This document shows positions 47,221-56,484 of a stretch of DNA of 64,000 nucleotides, in pieces (positions within the stretch are counted from its first letter, which is position 1; every line of letters begins with the position of its first letter). The position numbers and the translations under genes are program-made. Source of the stretch: an uncultured Gammaproteobacteria bacterium (lineage in GTDB: Bacteria; Patescibacteriota; Microgenomatia; Daviesbacterales; UBA10151); the NCBI GenBank assembly GCA_964625535.1, contig CAZVEX010000004.1:38166-102165 (forward strand). The letters run 5' to 3'. The notes below the pieces were generated by a model. It was not told the DNA's origin. It worked only from the letters and a program-made list of their open reading frames with translations, and searched no databases.

Positions 47221-48306
47221 ATGACTACAGAAGAAAAGTTTAATTTAATTACCAGAAATCTGGAGGAGGTTTTGACAGAAGAGGAATTGAAGGCTCTTTT
47301 GGAAAGTGGGGCACCCCTTCGCCACTACATTGGTTTTGAAATTTCCGGCAAACTGCACATTGGCTATCTTTTTACAGTCCTAAAAATTAAAGATTTGCAG
47401 GACGCGGGCGCAGAAACTATTATTTGGTTGGCAGATTTACATTCGGCCATCAATGACAAACTTGACGGCAACATTGAAACCATCAGGAAAGTGGCAAGGG
47501 GTTATTTTACTGATGCCTTTAAAATTTTATTCCAATGCGTAGGAGGGGATCCTGAAAAATTACAGTTTAGATTAACTTCGCAGGAATATGCCAAAAATCC
47601 TGACTTTTGGCTGATTATGCTGGAAATTGGCAAAACTACCTCACTGGCTCGCACTAAACGCTCCGTAACCATCATGGGGAGGGAAGAATCGGAAGATATT
47701 GATACGGCCAAACTATTTTACCCAATCATGCAAGCTGCGGATATTTTTCTTTTGGGCGTCAACATTGCCCATGCCGGAGTGGACCAGAGAAAAGTCCATG
47801 TGATTGCCCGCGACAGCGCTTCCGCTTTGGGAAAACCAAAACCCGTAGCCATTCATCATCCCATTCTTTTGGGACTGACAGCTCCTGAAAATGTCACAGG
47901 CGAGGCAGATGAAATTGCCATGAAAGCCAAAATGAGCAAGTCAAAACCGGGCAGCGGCATTTCTATTCACGACAGTCCCGAACAAATCAGGCAAACTATC
48001 AACAGTGCCTTTGCCCCGGAAGGACAGGTGGAACAAAACCCCATTTTAAACTGGACCAGATATTTAATTTTTTATAGCGACGGATCACTAACCATCTCCA
48101 GAAAACCGGAACATGGGGGAGATATAACATATTCTTCCTATGAAAGCTTGGAAAAAGATTATGTGGAAAAAAAGTTACATCCCCAAGACTTGAAAAATGC
48201 AGTAGCAGAATGGTTAATTAAAAAACTTAAACCAGCCAGAATTTACTTTGAAGATCCTGCCCGAAAATCTGCTTTGGAAGAAATTGAAAGGTTAACGGTT
48301 AAATAA
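47221..48306 (+). CDS. tyrS: Tyrosyl-tRNA synthetase, archaeal/eukaryal type
   Basis: YIGFEISGKLHIGY (HIGH), KMSKSK, and close colinearity with archaeal TyrRS (IKRN…EEEL, LADLH, DQRKVHVIAR…, HPMDLKNAVAE). Confidence 0.85.
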   Translation: MTTEEKFNLITRNLEEVLTEEELKALLESGAPLRHYIGFEISGKLHIGYLFTVLKIKDLQDAGAETIIWLADLHSAINDKLDGNIETIRKVARGYFTDAFKILFQCVGGDPEKLQFRLTSQEYAKNPDFWLIMLEIGKTTSLARTKRSVTIMGREESEDIDTAKLFYPIMQAADIFLLGVNIAHAGVDQRKVHVIARDSASALGKPKPVAIHHPILLGLTAPENVTGEADEIAMKAKMSKSKPGSGISIHDSPEQIRQTINSAFAPEGQVEQNPILNWTRYLIFYSDGSLTISRKPEHGGDITYSSYESLEKDYVEKKLHPQDLKNAVAEWLIKKLKPARIYFEDPARKSALEEIERLTVK

Positions 48307-48321
48307 AAATACTTTGGCGAA

Positions 48322-48678
48322 TTAAGAATTCCTTGTTCGCATTCTCCAGCTTAATTTACCGACAGCGTCAATCATATTTTCTACTAAAATAACCCCACTA
48401 GCTAAAATACCAAAACCCAAAAACATACTTGTGCCCCATCTCATGCTTTCTATAGCTCTATGAGTTAAGGGACTTCCCTGAATAAATTGCACAGCAGCTT
48501 CCTGGAAAGATAGTGCTTCTATGCCAATTAGAGGTAGTGCGACCACCGATCCAACTTTTACCCATCTTCGGAAACCTTTTTCGGAAAGTGCATGGATTAC
48601 AGGAGTAGTTTCTGGTTGAAATGTTCCACCCAACTCTGATTTATTATCTACCATACCCCACATATACACCTTTTCCAT
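48322..48678 (-). CDS. Hypothetical small membrane protein
   Basis: A 118-aa ORF with two predicted TM segments and elevated GC content. Confidence 0.35.
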   Translation of the reverse strand: MEKVYMWGMVDNKSELGGTFQPETTPVIHALSEKGFRRWVKVGSVVALPLIGIEALSFQEAAVQFIQGSPLTHRAIESMRWGTSMFLGFGILASGVILVENMIDAVGKLSWRMRTRNS

Positions 48679-48758
48679 TAGATTTGCAAACTGATAAAAT
48701 CAGTCTACAAATAGGCAAAGAAGAAGTCTAAAGTTTTTTAACCGTTTTTAAATGGGTA

Positions 48759-49100
48759 TCAGCGGATCAATAGCCTGATCCACTTATTTTTATCTTCCAC
48801 CCCCCAAATTCTATCTGTAATAAGATAGGTGGCTGAAGCCAAAATGGTAATACCAACACATGCCCCTAGTACAATCATGGCTGAAGCATTTTCTTGATCT
48901 TTAGACAGTAAATAACCTATCCACCCACCCACACCTGCTCCTACCATCCAAGCCAGGGAGTGCATGGGTCTTCGCAAAAAATGCCATCTTTGATGACCTT
49001 GCTCGGGTTGAGGTGGAACTTCTAAAGGTTGAATCAATTCACCATCTAATTCTGGTCTTGGCATATTAATAAAATCTTCCTCCGTTAATAGCGGGAGCAC
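48759..49100 (-). CDS. Hypothetical small membrane protein
   Basis: 113 aa, glycine-zipper TM (MVGAGVGGWIGYLL), elevated GC content. Confidence 0.35.
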   Translation of the reverse strand: MLPLLTEEDFINMPRPELDGELIQPLEVPPQPEQGHQRWHFLRRPMHSLAWMVGAGVGGWIGYLLSKDQENASAMIVLGACVGITILASATYLITDRIWGVEDKNKWIRLLIR

Positions 49101-49503
49101 CCACTATTACTTTTCCTATTTCCGGCAAGATACGTTCTGCAGCATCCACTATCAACGGAGCCACAACTCCTGTGCCTAGGGCTAAAAGTCCAACTGCCAC
49201 AGCCGCCGCCACTCTGGCTGAACCACGCTCCTCGGATAAGAATGCTCTCTCTGCTTGAATTCTTTGTTTCTCATGCCCCAGAAAGTTTCCTACAAAAAGT
49301 CCTGCCCCGCCGCCAAGTACCGCCAAGGCAATTCTCACTTCCGTAGATTGTACCATTCTGTGTACCATAAACTTAAAATAATCCGGCCATGACGACTGGG
49401 CAACAAACCAATCTGCTACCGGCGGCGTCAAAAACCCCAAGGCTCCACCTACAACTATTCCTATTGCTTCAGATATTGGTAAATGTCTAAATCTCTCTCT
49501 CAT
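49066..49503 (-). CDS. Hypothetical small membrane protein
   Basis: 145 aa, Gly/Ala-rich TM helices (GIVVGGALGF, VLGGGAGLFVGNFLG), elevated GC content. Overlaps the downstream ORF by 35 bp. Confidence 0.35.
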   Translation of the reverse strand: MRERFRHLPISEAIGIVVGGALGFLTPPVADWFVAQSSWPDYFKFMVHRMVQSTEVRIALAVLGGGAGLFVGNFLGHEKQRIQAERAFLSEERGSARVAAAVAVGLLALGTGVVAPLIVDAAERILPEIGKVIVGAPAINGGRFY

Positions 49504-49648
49504 TTATGCCTGGATAATACCTCTTTATTTTCTAAATTTCAAGAGGTATGATAATTTTATGATGTATTCGCCCAAATTCAAAATATTTTGGATAATCTTG
49601 TCCCTTCTTGCCGGTTTTGCCATCTTGATTTTTTCCCTTCTGCCCCTT

Positions 49649-49676
49649 TTGACAACTCTGTAATCCATGATATAAT
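49649..49676 (+). promoter_or_regulatory. Near-consensus sigma70 promoter for the 49686 gene (near-leaderless transcript)
   Basis: TTGACA at 49649-49654, a 16-nt spacer and TATAAT at 49671-49676. The ATG at 49686 is only about 3-4 nt from the predicted TSS. Confidence 0.5.
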
Positions 49677-49685
49677 TTTTCACTT

Positions 49686-50063
49686 ATGAGTATGAGGGAA
49701 CGAAAAAACGGCCGTGTTCCAAAACCAGCAGATTTAACTTTAACACCTGCCGAGTGTGCGGTAGCTATTGAGGCAACTGCTACTGCAGCTAACGGACATC
49801 AAAGACTATGGTATGGCCCCCTAGAACGTGCAATTATAAGAGCAACCTTGGAAGTACCTGAATTAAAACCAGGTCAACTAAGACATATTCTAAGATCAGC
49901 ATTGGGAAAAGTATGGGAAAAATCTTTTGGGGACAAAGCTCTTGATCCGGAAGAACAAATAATTCTTGCTCAATTCAACAGAGCGATGGCGCTGCATCCT
50001 ATCCAATCAATCACGCCGTCACGTTTTATCACCTTATTAGCAAATCGGATACCTGTACGTTAA
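49686..50063 (+). CDS. Hypothetical soluble protein
   Basis: A 125-aa ORF with no motif and elevated GC content. Confidence 0.4.
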   Translation: MSMRERKNGRVPKPADLTLTPAECAVAIEATATAANGHQRLWYGPLERAIIRATLEVPELKPGQLRHILRSALGKVWEKSFGDKALDPEEQIILAQFNRAMALHPIQSITPSRFITLLANRIPVR

Positions 50064-50081
50064 ATCCTGTATAATCCACTC

Positions 50082-52079
50082 ATGGATCTTTTCATCCCTT
50101 TACTCAAAATTGCCGGTATTGGCTATACATACTCCAAAAGGCTGGAGCGGCTTAATCTTTTTACTCTGGAAGATTTAATTAACCATTACCCTTTTAGATA
50201 TGATGATTTTTCCAATGTTTCCAGCATTAAAGATACCCAAATTGGTCAAACAGTCACTTTGCAAGGGGAAATTTGGGCAATTAAAAATATTTATACCAGA
50301 TTTGGCAAAACCCTAACCCAAACTATTTTTAATGATGGCTCATCCCCCATTACCTTAACCTGGTTTAACTCACCGTGGTTGATAAAACAAATCAAAGCAG
50401 GGGACAGGTTGCAAGTTTCGGGAAAATTAACTAAATATAAAAGTAAGTTATCTATTATGGCTCCACAATGGGAAAAACTGGAAAGTCGTCAAACATTACA
50501 TACTGGTAGGTTAGTACCAATTTATCCGGAAACATATGGAGTTTCTTCCAAGTGGCTGCGTACCAAAATAGCCAAACTACTTCCGGAAGTTTTAGATCAA
50601 ATTAAAGAACCTCTGCCTGATGAAATAAAAAACAACATGTTAGCCCTGCCGGAAGCTTTGCAACAAATTCATTTTCCGGAAAGTTGGGAGCAAGTGGAAA
50701 AAGCCAAATCAAGGTTAGGATTTGATGAGTTATTCTTTGTGTCACTGGCTACTCAAAAGGCAAGGTTAGCGTGGCAAAAAAAGCCGTTAGTTGAACCCTT
50801 AAATATCAAAGAAAGTGATTTAAATTTGTTTTTCAAACTTTTACCCTTTCAGTTGACCCCTGCCCAACAAAGAGTTCTCAAAGAAGTTTTAGATGATCTT
50901 AAAAAGAGTCAGCCTATGAACAGATTAATCCAAGGAGAGGTAGGTGCCGGAAAAACAGTGGTAGCTACGGCAGTCGCATATTTAGTACACAAAAACCATC
51001 TTAAAACTTTGTTCATGGCTCCCACGGAAATTTTAGCCTTCCAACACTTTGAAACCTTAAAAAAATTATTGAAACCATTTGCAATTTCAGTTGGGATATA
51101 TACGGGCAGTAAGAAAAAAGCAGAAAAGACAGATGTTATTATTGGTACTCATGCTCTTTTGTCAGAGAAACTAAATGCAGATGATGTGGGACTAGTCATA
51201 GTAGATGAACAACAACGCTTTGGGGTAGAGCAGCGAACACTTCTTCGCTCCCGCGCCAAAATCCCGCATTTTCTCACCATGACTGCCACTCCTATCCCGC
51301 GAACCGTTGCCTTAACTTTATATGGAGATTTGGATATGTCAGTGATTGATGAACTTCCCAAAGGCAGACAAAAAGTTAAAACCTATTTAGTACCGGAGAA
51401 AAAAAGATTGGATTCTTATAAATTTATAGAGAGTCATGTTAGAGCAGGGGAACAAGTTTATATCATCACTCCTTTGATTGAACCTTCTGAAACTCTGGTA
51501 ACAGTCAAAGCAGTAAAGCAGGAATTTGAAAAATTAAAAAAGATTTTTCCCAATTTTGGGCTTGATCTTTTGCACGGCAGAATGAAAGGCAAGGAGAAAG
51601 AAAAAGTCACAACAGATTTTCGCCGGGGCATGTCCCAAATCCTGGTTTCCACATCAGTAGTGGAGGTGGGCATGGATAATCCCAATGCCACTATTATTAT
51701 TATTGAAGGAGCAGAACGCTTTGGCCTGGCCCAGCTTCATCAGCTGCGAGGTCGAGTAGGCAGGGGGAGCAAGGAATCGTATTGTTTTCTTTATACATCA
51801 AATCCTAAAGATACCTCCAGATTAAAATATCTGGAAACTACTTTTGACGGATTAAAACTTTCAGAATTGGATCTTAAAATAAGAGGTTCCGGCGAAATTT
51901 TCGGCAGCCGTCAGGCAGGCAGGTTTGAGTTTAAAATTGCCAGTTTCAGCAATTTAACTTTGATTGAGAAAACAAGATCTGCTGCCCAAAAGCTTCTCCA
52001 AAATAATCCTACCCTTGACAAATATCCATTACTTCAAGCACAATTACAAAAGGTTTCTAAAGAAGTCATGCCTGATTGA
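50082..52079 (+). CDS. recG: ATP-dependent DNA helicase RecG
   Basis: Wedge/OB N-terminus, helicase motif I GEVGAGKT, DEQQRFGV (motif II) and HGRM…QLHQLRGRVGRG (motif VI). 665 aa. Confidence 0.9.
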   Translation: MDLFIPLLKIAGIGYTYSKRLERLNLFTLEDLINHYPFRYDDFSNVSSIKDTQIGQTVTLQGEIWAIKNIYTRFGKTLTQTIFNDGSSPITLTWFNSPWLIKQIKAGDRLQVSGKLTKYKSKLSIMAPQWEKLESRQTLHTGRLVPIYPETYGVSSKWLRTKIAKLLPEVLDQIKEPLPDEIKNNMLALPEALQQIHFPESWEQVEKAKSRLGFDELFFVSLATQKARLAWQKKPLVEPLNIKESDLNLFFKLLPFQLTPAQQRVLKEVLDDLKKSQPMNRLIQGEVGAGKTVVATAVAYLVHKNHLKTLFMAPTEILAFQHFETLKKLLKPFAISVGIYTGSKKKAEKTDVIIGTHALLSEKLNADDVGLVIVDEQQRFGVEQRTLLRSRAKIPHFLTMTATPIPRTVALTLYGDLDMSVIDELPKGRQKVKTYLVPEKKRLDSYKFIESHVRAGEQVYIITPLIEPSETLVTVKAVKQEFEKLKKIFPNFGLDLLHGRMKGKEKEKVTTDFRRGMSQILVSTSVVEVGMDNPNATIIIIEGAERFGLAQLHQLRGRVGRGSKESYCFLYTSNPKDTSRLKYLETTFDGLKLSELDLKIRGSGEIFGSRQAGRFEFKIASFSNLTLIEKTRSAAQKLLQNNPTLDKYPLLQAQLQKVSKEVMPD

Positions 52080-52088
52080 GGAGATTTT

Positions 52089-52286
52089 ATGCCGGGAGAA
52101 CCTAAAAGAAGACATTCTAAAGCGAGAAAAAGAACCAGACGAGCGGCTATTAAATTGGCTGAGGTGGCTTTAATAGTTTGTAAAAATTGCGGAGTTAAAA
52201 CCAGACCACACATAGTTTGCGTGGAGTGCGGCTTTTACCGCGGCAAACTTGTTGGTAAACCCCAAACCAAAGTAACTAAAGCATGA
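52089..52286 (+). CDS. rpmF: 50S ribosomal protein L32
   Basis: MPGEPKRRHSKARKRTRRA… with the CxxC…CxxC zinc ribbon (CKNCG…CVECG). Confidence 0.85.
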   Translation: MPGEPKRRHSKARKRTRRAAIKLAEVALIVCKNCGVKTRPHIVCVECGFYRGKLVGKPQTKVTKA

Positions 52287-52651
52287 AAACCGCCCAAGAC
52301 CCACGACACAAGCGGCGCGTCAAAATCATCCGCGAACTCTTCTCATGGGAATTTAACAAAAAAAGCAAGCGCTCTGTGACGAGCCGGCAAATCATTGATA
52401 ATCTTTCCCGGATTGATGAGCTGATACAAAGAAGTGCCTCTGAAAGACCTATTGAGCAAATCAATAAAATTGATTTAGCTATCTTGCGTTTGGCCACTTT
52501 TGAGTTAATAATAAAAAGGGGGGTTCCTTTTAAGGTGGTGGTGGATGAGGCGGTGGAGCTTGGCAAGAAATACGGCAGCGACTCATCCCCAAGCCTGATT
52601 AATGGAGCTCTGGGAAAATTAATAAATATGGAGGGAATATCCAGTGCCTGA
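52283..52651 (+). CDS. nusB: Transcription antitermination factor NusB
   Basis: DLAILRLATFELI…VVVDEAVELGKKYGSDSSPSLINGALGK matches the NusB fold. Confidence 0.8.
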   Translation: MKTAQDPRHKRRVKIIRELFSWEFNKKSKRSVTSRQIIDNLSRIDELIQRSASERPIEQINKIDLAILRLATFELIIKRGVPFKVVVDEAVELGKKYGSDSSPSLINGALGKLINMEGISSA

Positions 52652-52880
52652 TAACAAAGACATATTAGGGAGCATTGCCGAACATTTGGGCCTTTCGCCA
52701 GAAGACATTGATCTAAAAGCTCTTCTTAGGGAAGATTTAAATTTGGGGCCGGTTGAGTTAAACGATCTGCTTAATTTTTTATCTAAAAAATATGAGATCG
52801 TTTTTGACCCGCAAGATACGGAAAATCTAAGCATGGTCGAGGATCTGGTGCTTTTAGTGGAGGATAATTTAATTGCCTGA
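52644..52880 (+). CDS. Acyl-carrier-protein-like small acidic protein lacking the phosphopantetheine Ser
   Basis: A 78-aa acidic four-helix ACP-like sequence. The DSL motif is replaced by EDLNLGPVELNDL, with no Ser. It sits in the classical acpP position before rnc. Confidence 0.45.
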   Translation: MPDNKDILGSIAEHLGLSPEDIDLKALLREDLNLGPVELNDLLNFLSKKYEIVFDPQDTENLSMVEDLVLLVEDNLIA

Positions 52881-53565
52881 TTTTACCCCACTCCTATCTA
52901 AGCTTAATATAAAATTTAAAGATACAAACTTGCTGAAGCAGGCTTTTATTCACCGCTCCTATTTAAACGAGGTTAAGCTGGATACTCTTTCCAACGAAAG
53001 ACTGGAGTTTTTGGGAGATTCTGTTTTGTCTCTGGTTGTAACTTTGCATCTTTTTAATGCCAGAAAAAATGATAACGAAGGGGATCTGACCAATTTAAGA
53101 TCGTACATTGTTAAAACCAAATCTCTCTCGCAAGTTGCTCAAAAACTGGAACTGGGAAAATATTTAAAACTGTCCCGGGGGGAGGAGTTGGGGGGAGGAA
53201 GAGTTAATCCCCAGCTTTTGGCCAATACTTATGAAGCTCTTTTAGGAGCAATTTTTCTGGATAAAGGGCTCGAAGAAACAGGCAGAGTAATAGAATCTAC
53301 TCTTTTACCTTTGTTTGAGAAAGAGATTAAGGCAGGCCCTCCCCGGGATGCCAAATCCCGTTTGCAGGAGATAGTCCAGGAAAAATTTAAAACCTCCCCC
53401 TATTATAAAATTTTATCCGCCCGGGGCCCTGATCATGCCAAAAAATTCACGGTGGGAGTTTTTATCCAGGGTAAAAAACAGGGGGTGGGCCTCGGCTCTT
53501 CCAAACAGGAAGCAGAAGAACAATCAGCCAAGGAGGCGCTAAGTAAATTAGCCACCAGAATTTGA
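52873..53565 (+). CDS. rnc: Ribonuclease III
   Basis: ERLEFLGDSVL signature, a dsRBD at the C-terminus, 230 aa. Confidence 0.9.
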   Translation: MPDFTPLLSKLNIKFKDTNLLKQAFIHRSYLNEVKLDTLSNERLEFLGDSVLSLVVTLHLFNARKNDNEGDLTNLRSYIVKTKSLSQVAQKLELGKYLKLSRGEELGGGRVNPQLLANTYEALLGAIFLDKGLEETGRVIESTLLPLFEKEIKAGPPRDAKSRLQEIVQEKFKTSPYYKILSARGPDHAKKFTVGVFIQGKKQGVGLGSSKQEAEEQSAKEALSKLATRI

Positions 53566-53602
53566 CAGCTATTGCTAAAAGTGGTATACTATAAGATATC
53601 AT

Positions 53603-54502
53603 ATGGTGGAGTTAACTAGACCAAGTTGGCTAACTGATGCTCAAAATTTCCATCCTCGGCCCAATCTTATGCATCTATTATTGTGGGATAGAACGTATAC
53701 CATTCCGGTAAGAGGAGTACCTCTTTTAGATGTTATGGAAAGAAGAATTATCCCGGAAGCTCCCACCCCTGTTAGAATCCTGGAGATAGGCATAGGAAAG
53801 AATTCTCTGGTAGTAGCCAGTCCCTTTGAACCCTACTGGATTGCCGCCTTACTGGAACATCAAGGAATAGACTATTCAATGGTACTAGTCGATAAAAACA
53901 GAAATATTTTAAATGATGTTGAAAGGAGAAGAGAAATCTTTGCCGCCTTAAGTGTATCTAACACCGATACTTTATTGAGTTGGTCTTGGAGAAAATATCT
54001 TGAACTAACCAACCAACCTCGCACTATCACCAATCATCCGGAAAAGGAGCTTGAGTTTGTAAGGTTTGGCATAAGCTTTTTGCGGCGACCTTTTTTACCC
54101 TGGCGGGAAATACAAGAGGGAATCTTGAAAGCTTCTGTCCCAGCCGGCTTTACCCGAAGAATTCATGAGAAAAGAATACTATTTAAGTGTTCTGATATAG
54201 CTACCGCAGATTTAGAGCAATTTGGGGAATTCGACCTGATTATTTGCATGAATACGCTTTATTACCTGCCCACCGAGGGGCAAAAATTGGCCGTATTTAA
54301 AATGTCCCGGGCTTTAAGTCGAAATGGAAGAATGCTAATTGGGGATATAGAAGATGGATGGGGAGGTCTCCAGCCACTGACAGCTCCCTTTGGCGGGTGG
54401 CTTAATGAAGAGAAAATGGCAGATCTGGGTTTAAGTTTGGAGGAAAAATCACCTGAAGACGCCCCAACAGCCCCCTACATTCTGCTTAACAAAAATAGAT
54501 AA
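53603..54502 (+). CDS. Hypothetical protein, possibly a class I methyltransferase-like fold
   Basis: ILEIGIGKNSL (motif I-like) and FDLIICMNTLYYL (post-I/II-like). Otherwise unrecognised. Confidence 0.4.
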   Translation: MVELTRPSWLTDAQNFHPRPNLMHLLLWDRTYTIPVRGVPLLDVMERRIIPEAPTPVRILEIGIGKNSLVVASPFEPYWIAALLEHQGIDYSMVLVDKNRNILNDVERRREIFAALSVSNTDTLLSWSWRKYLELTNQPRTITNHPEKELEFVRFGISFLRRPFLPWREIQEGILKASVPAGFTRRIHEKRILFKCSDIATADLEQFGEFDLIICMNTLYYLPTEGQKLAVFKMSRALSRNGRMLIGDIEDGWGGLQPLTAPFGGWLNEEKMADLGLSLEEKSPEDAPTAPYILLNKNR

Positions 54503-54541
54503 AGGTTGACGTATTCGGTTTCATGCCCTATACTTACTTTC

Positions 54542-54907
54542 ATGCTTAAAATTAGATTGATGAGGATTGGGACCAAGAAGAAACCGTTTTACCGGGTGGT
54601 GGCTGTGGATGAAAGATCAAAGCGAACCGGGGCTTATGTTGAACTTTTGGGAACTTATAATCCTTTGACAGAACCAAAGGATATAAAATTAAAACAAGAT
54701 AGAATTGATTATTGGATAAAACAAGGAGCCCAAATGTCAGAGGGGTTTTTAAGGATTATTGGCAAAGCGCCCCAGCGTCCGCCCAGAAAACCAAAGAAGG
54801 AGAAGAAAACAGAAGAGAAACCAGCAGATGAAACGACTCAGGTTGCAGAGGAGCCAAAAACAGAAGAAACTCCAAAAGAGGAACAAAAAAATGAAGGATC
54901 TGCTTGA
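54542..54907 (+). CDS. rpsP: 30S ribosomal protein S16 with a K/E-rich C-terminal extension
   Basis: MLKIRLMRIGTKKKPFYRVVAVDERSKRTG is canonical S16. The listed ORF begins 12 codons upstream. Confidence 0.85.
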   Translation: MLKIRLMRIGTKKKPFYRVVAVDERSKRTGAYVELLGTYNPLTEPKDIKLKQDRIDYWIKQGAQMSEGFLRIIGKAPQRPPRKPKKEKKTEEKPADETTQVAEEPKTEETPKEEQKNEGSA

Positions 54908-55130
54908 ATATATTGTGACAAATCTGGTTTCCAAACCAGAAGCAGTCAAAATAGACGAACAACAACAAAACGGTGAAGTGAACCTAAATTTAACCGTTGA
55001 CCCATCGGATATGGGGCTGATTATTGGCAAAAGCGGACAAACCATTAGAGCCATCAGGAAGTTATTAACAGTAAGGGCCATTGCCGAAAACATCAGGGTG
55101 AATTTGACTCTGGCAGAACCGGCCCAATGA
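54891..55130 (+). CDS. KH-domain RNA-binding protein (YlqC/UPF0109-like)
   Basis: MKDLLEYIVTNLVSKPEAVKIDEQ…GLIIGKSGQTIRAIRKLL contains the GxxG KH motif. It is nested within a longer listed ORF. Confidence 0.7.
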   Translation: MKDLLEYIVTNLVSKPEAVKIDEQQQNGEVNLNLTVDPSDMGLIIGKSGQTIRAIRKLLTVRAIAENIRVNLTLAEPAQ

Positions 55131-55786
55131 AGATTTCCATTATTACACTTTTCCCCGAAGTTTTTGACCCTATCTTAAATTCCAGTATTTTAAAAAGGGC
55201 CCAAGCTAAAGGTAAAGTTTCTTTTGAACTCATAAATCTTCGTGATTTTGGGGAAGGTAAACATAAGGTGGTTGACGATAGACCTTATGGAGGTGGAGTC
55301 GGAATGATTTTTAGAGCGGATATTTTGACTAAAGCTTTAAAATCAACTGATCGGGGAAAAGTTATCTTAACCTCTGCTTCTGGCAAACCATACAAACAGG
55401 TAGTGGCACAAAAACTCTCCAGGCTGAATCATATCATCATAGTTTGTGGCCATTACGAAGGAGTGGATCAAAGGTTTATTGAAAATCAAGTTGATGAGGA
55501 AATTAGTATAGGTGATTATGTTTTAACTGGAGGGGAAATACCTGCCATGGTTATCATGGATTCTATTACCAGACTAATTCCGGGAGTTCTGGAAAAACCC
55601 GAAGCCACACTAAATGAATCTTTTTCCCAAGGACTTTTAGAATACCCACACTATACCAGACCGGAAGTTTTTGAAGGAAAAAAGGTTCCGGAAGTTTTAC
55701 TTTCCGGAAATCATAAAAAAATCTCCCAGTGGCGTCGGGAAAAATCACTGGAAAAAACTAAAAAAGTCAGGCCGGATCTATATTAG
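55127..55786 (+). CDS. trmD: tRNA (guanine37-N1)-methyltransferase
   Basis: MKISIITLFPE, DDRPYGGGVGM and VCGHYEGVDQR are the TrmD SPOUT motifs. Confidence 0.9.
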   Translation: MKISIITLFPEVFDPILNSSILKRAQAKGKVSFELINLRDFGEGKHKVVDDRPYGGGVGMIFRADILTKALKSTDRGKVILTSASGKPYKQVVAQKLSRLNHIIIVCGHYEGVDQRFIENQVDEEISIGDYVLTGGEIPAMVIMDSITRLIPGVLEKPEATLNESFSQGLLEYPHYTRPEVFEGKKVPEVLLSGNHKKISQWRREKSLEKTKKVRPDLY

Positions 55787-55794
55787 TCCAAAAA

Positions 55795-56484
55795 CTATTC
55801 AAATGGATCCGCTTTGCCGGTCACGGTCAAGGGTACAGCAGTAGATACTTCGGTTCTGGCCAGCTTGGAAATCAGCTCTTCCTCTCCCGAGGAGATTTGG
55901 GGAAGCGGGGAGTCGATACTGCCCAAATTAGCCGGTATCGGAGTAAACATCGCTTCAATTGCCAAATTAGCGTCTACTATATCCCCCCCTCTACCTGATG
56001 AAACTTCTATATTAGTAACCCTCATTAGCCTGGGAGAGCTCTCAATGCTGCTTAAAAACCTACCGAGAAGGTTTTTGGCTCCGACAGCTTCCAGTCTAGC
56101 CCCAAAACTTTGCCCGGTGGATGATTTATTCCCGCTACCTGCTCCAAGAGACAATGCAGTAATAACAAATCCATTTTCGTTTGCTATATTCTGAAGTAAA
56201 ATAATAGTGCCGGCAAAATCTTTTTCTCCAGGCAGAGACGAAAGAACATAACTTACTTGACGGCGCAAACTATCTTCATCCAGACCCTCAAGCGCCTCAA
56301 CCTTGGTATTTAAAAACTCCGATCTGGTCCTAAAATCCTGCTCAAGGCGGGAATTTTTTAAGAATACTCCGATTTGGGGAATCAACACAAAGGTTAACAG
56401 GATAAGGCATGAAACAACCACCGCTGCCGGAAAAATAAACAGCCTGTATTTTTTATAAAATTTGCCCAAACTTTCTTTGTTCAT
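55795..56484 (-). CDS. pilO: Type IV pilus assembly protein PilO-like
   Basis: Bitopic membrane protein directly downstream of pilN, with N-terminal TM, coiled coil and a ferredoxin-like C-terminus. Assignment is by context. Confidence 0.55.
   Translation of the reverse strand: MNKESLGKFYKKYRLFIFPAAVVVSCLILLTFVLIPQIGVFLKNSRLEQDFRTRSEFLNTKVEALEGLDEDSLRRQVSYVLSSLPGEKDFAGTIILLQNIANENGFVITALSLGAGSGNKSSTGQSFGARLEAVGAKNLLGRFLSSIESSPRLMRVTNIEVSSGRGGDIVDANLAIEAMFTPIPANLGSIDSPLPQISSGEEELISKLARTEVSTAVPLTVTGKADPFE

Noticed and set aside
54749-55093. Minus-strand ORFs (54749-55093, 54756-54968) across the rpsP C-terminal extension and the KH gene
   Set aside because: They are antisense to the K/E-rich S16 tail and produce a poly-Phe/Leu low-complexity product.
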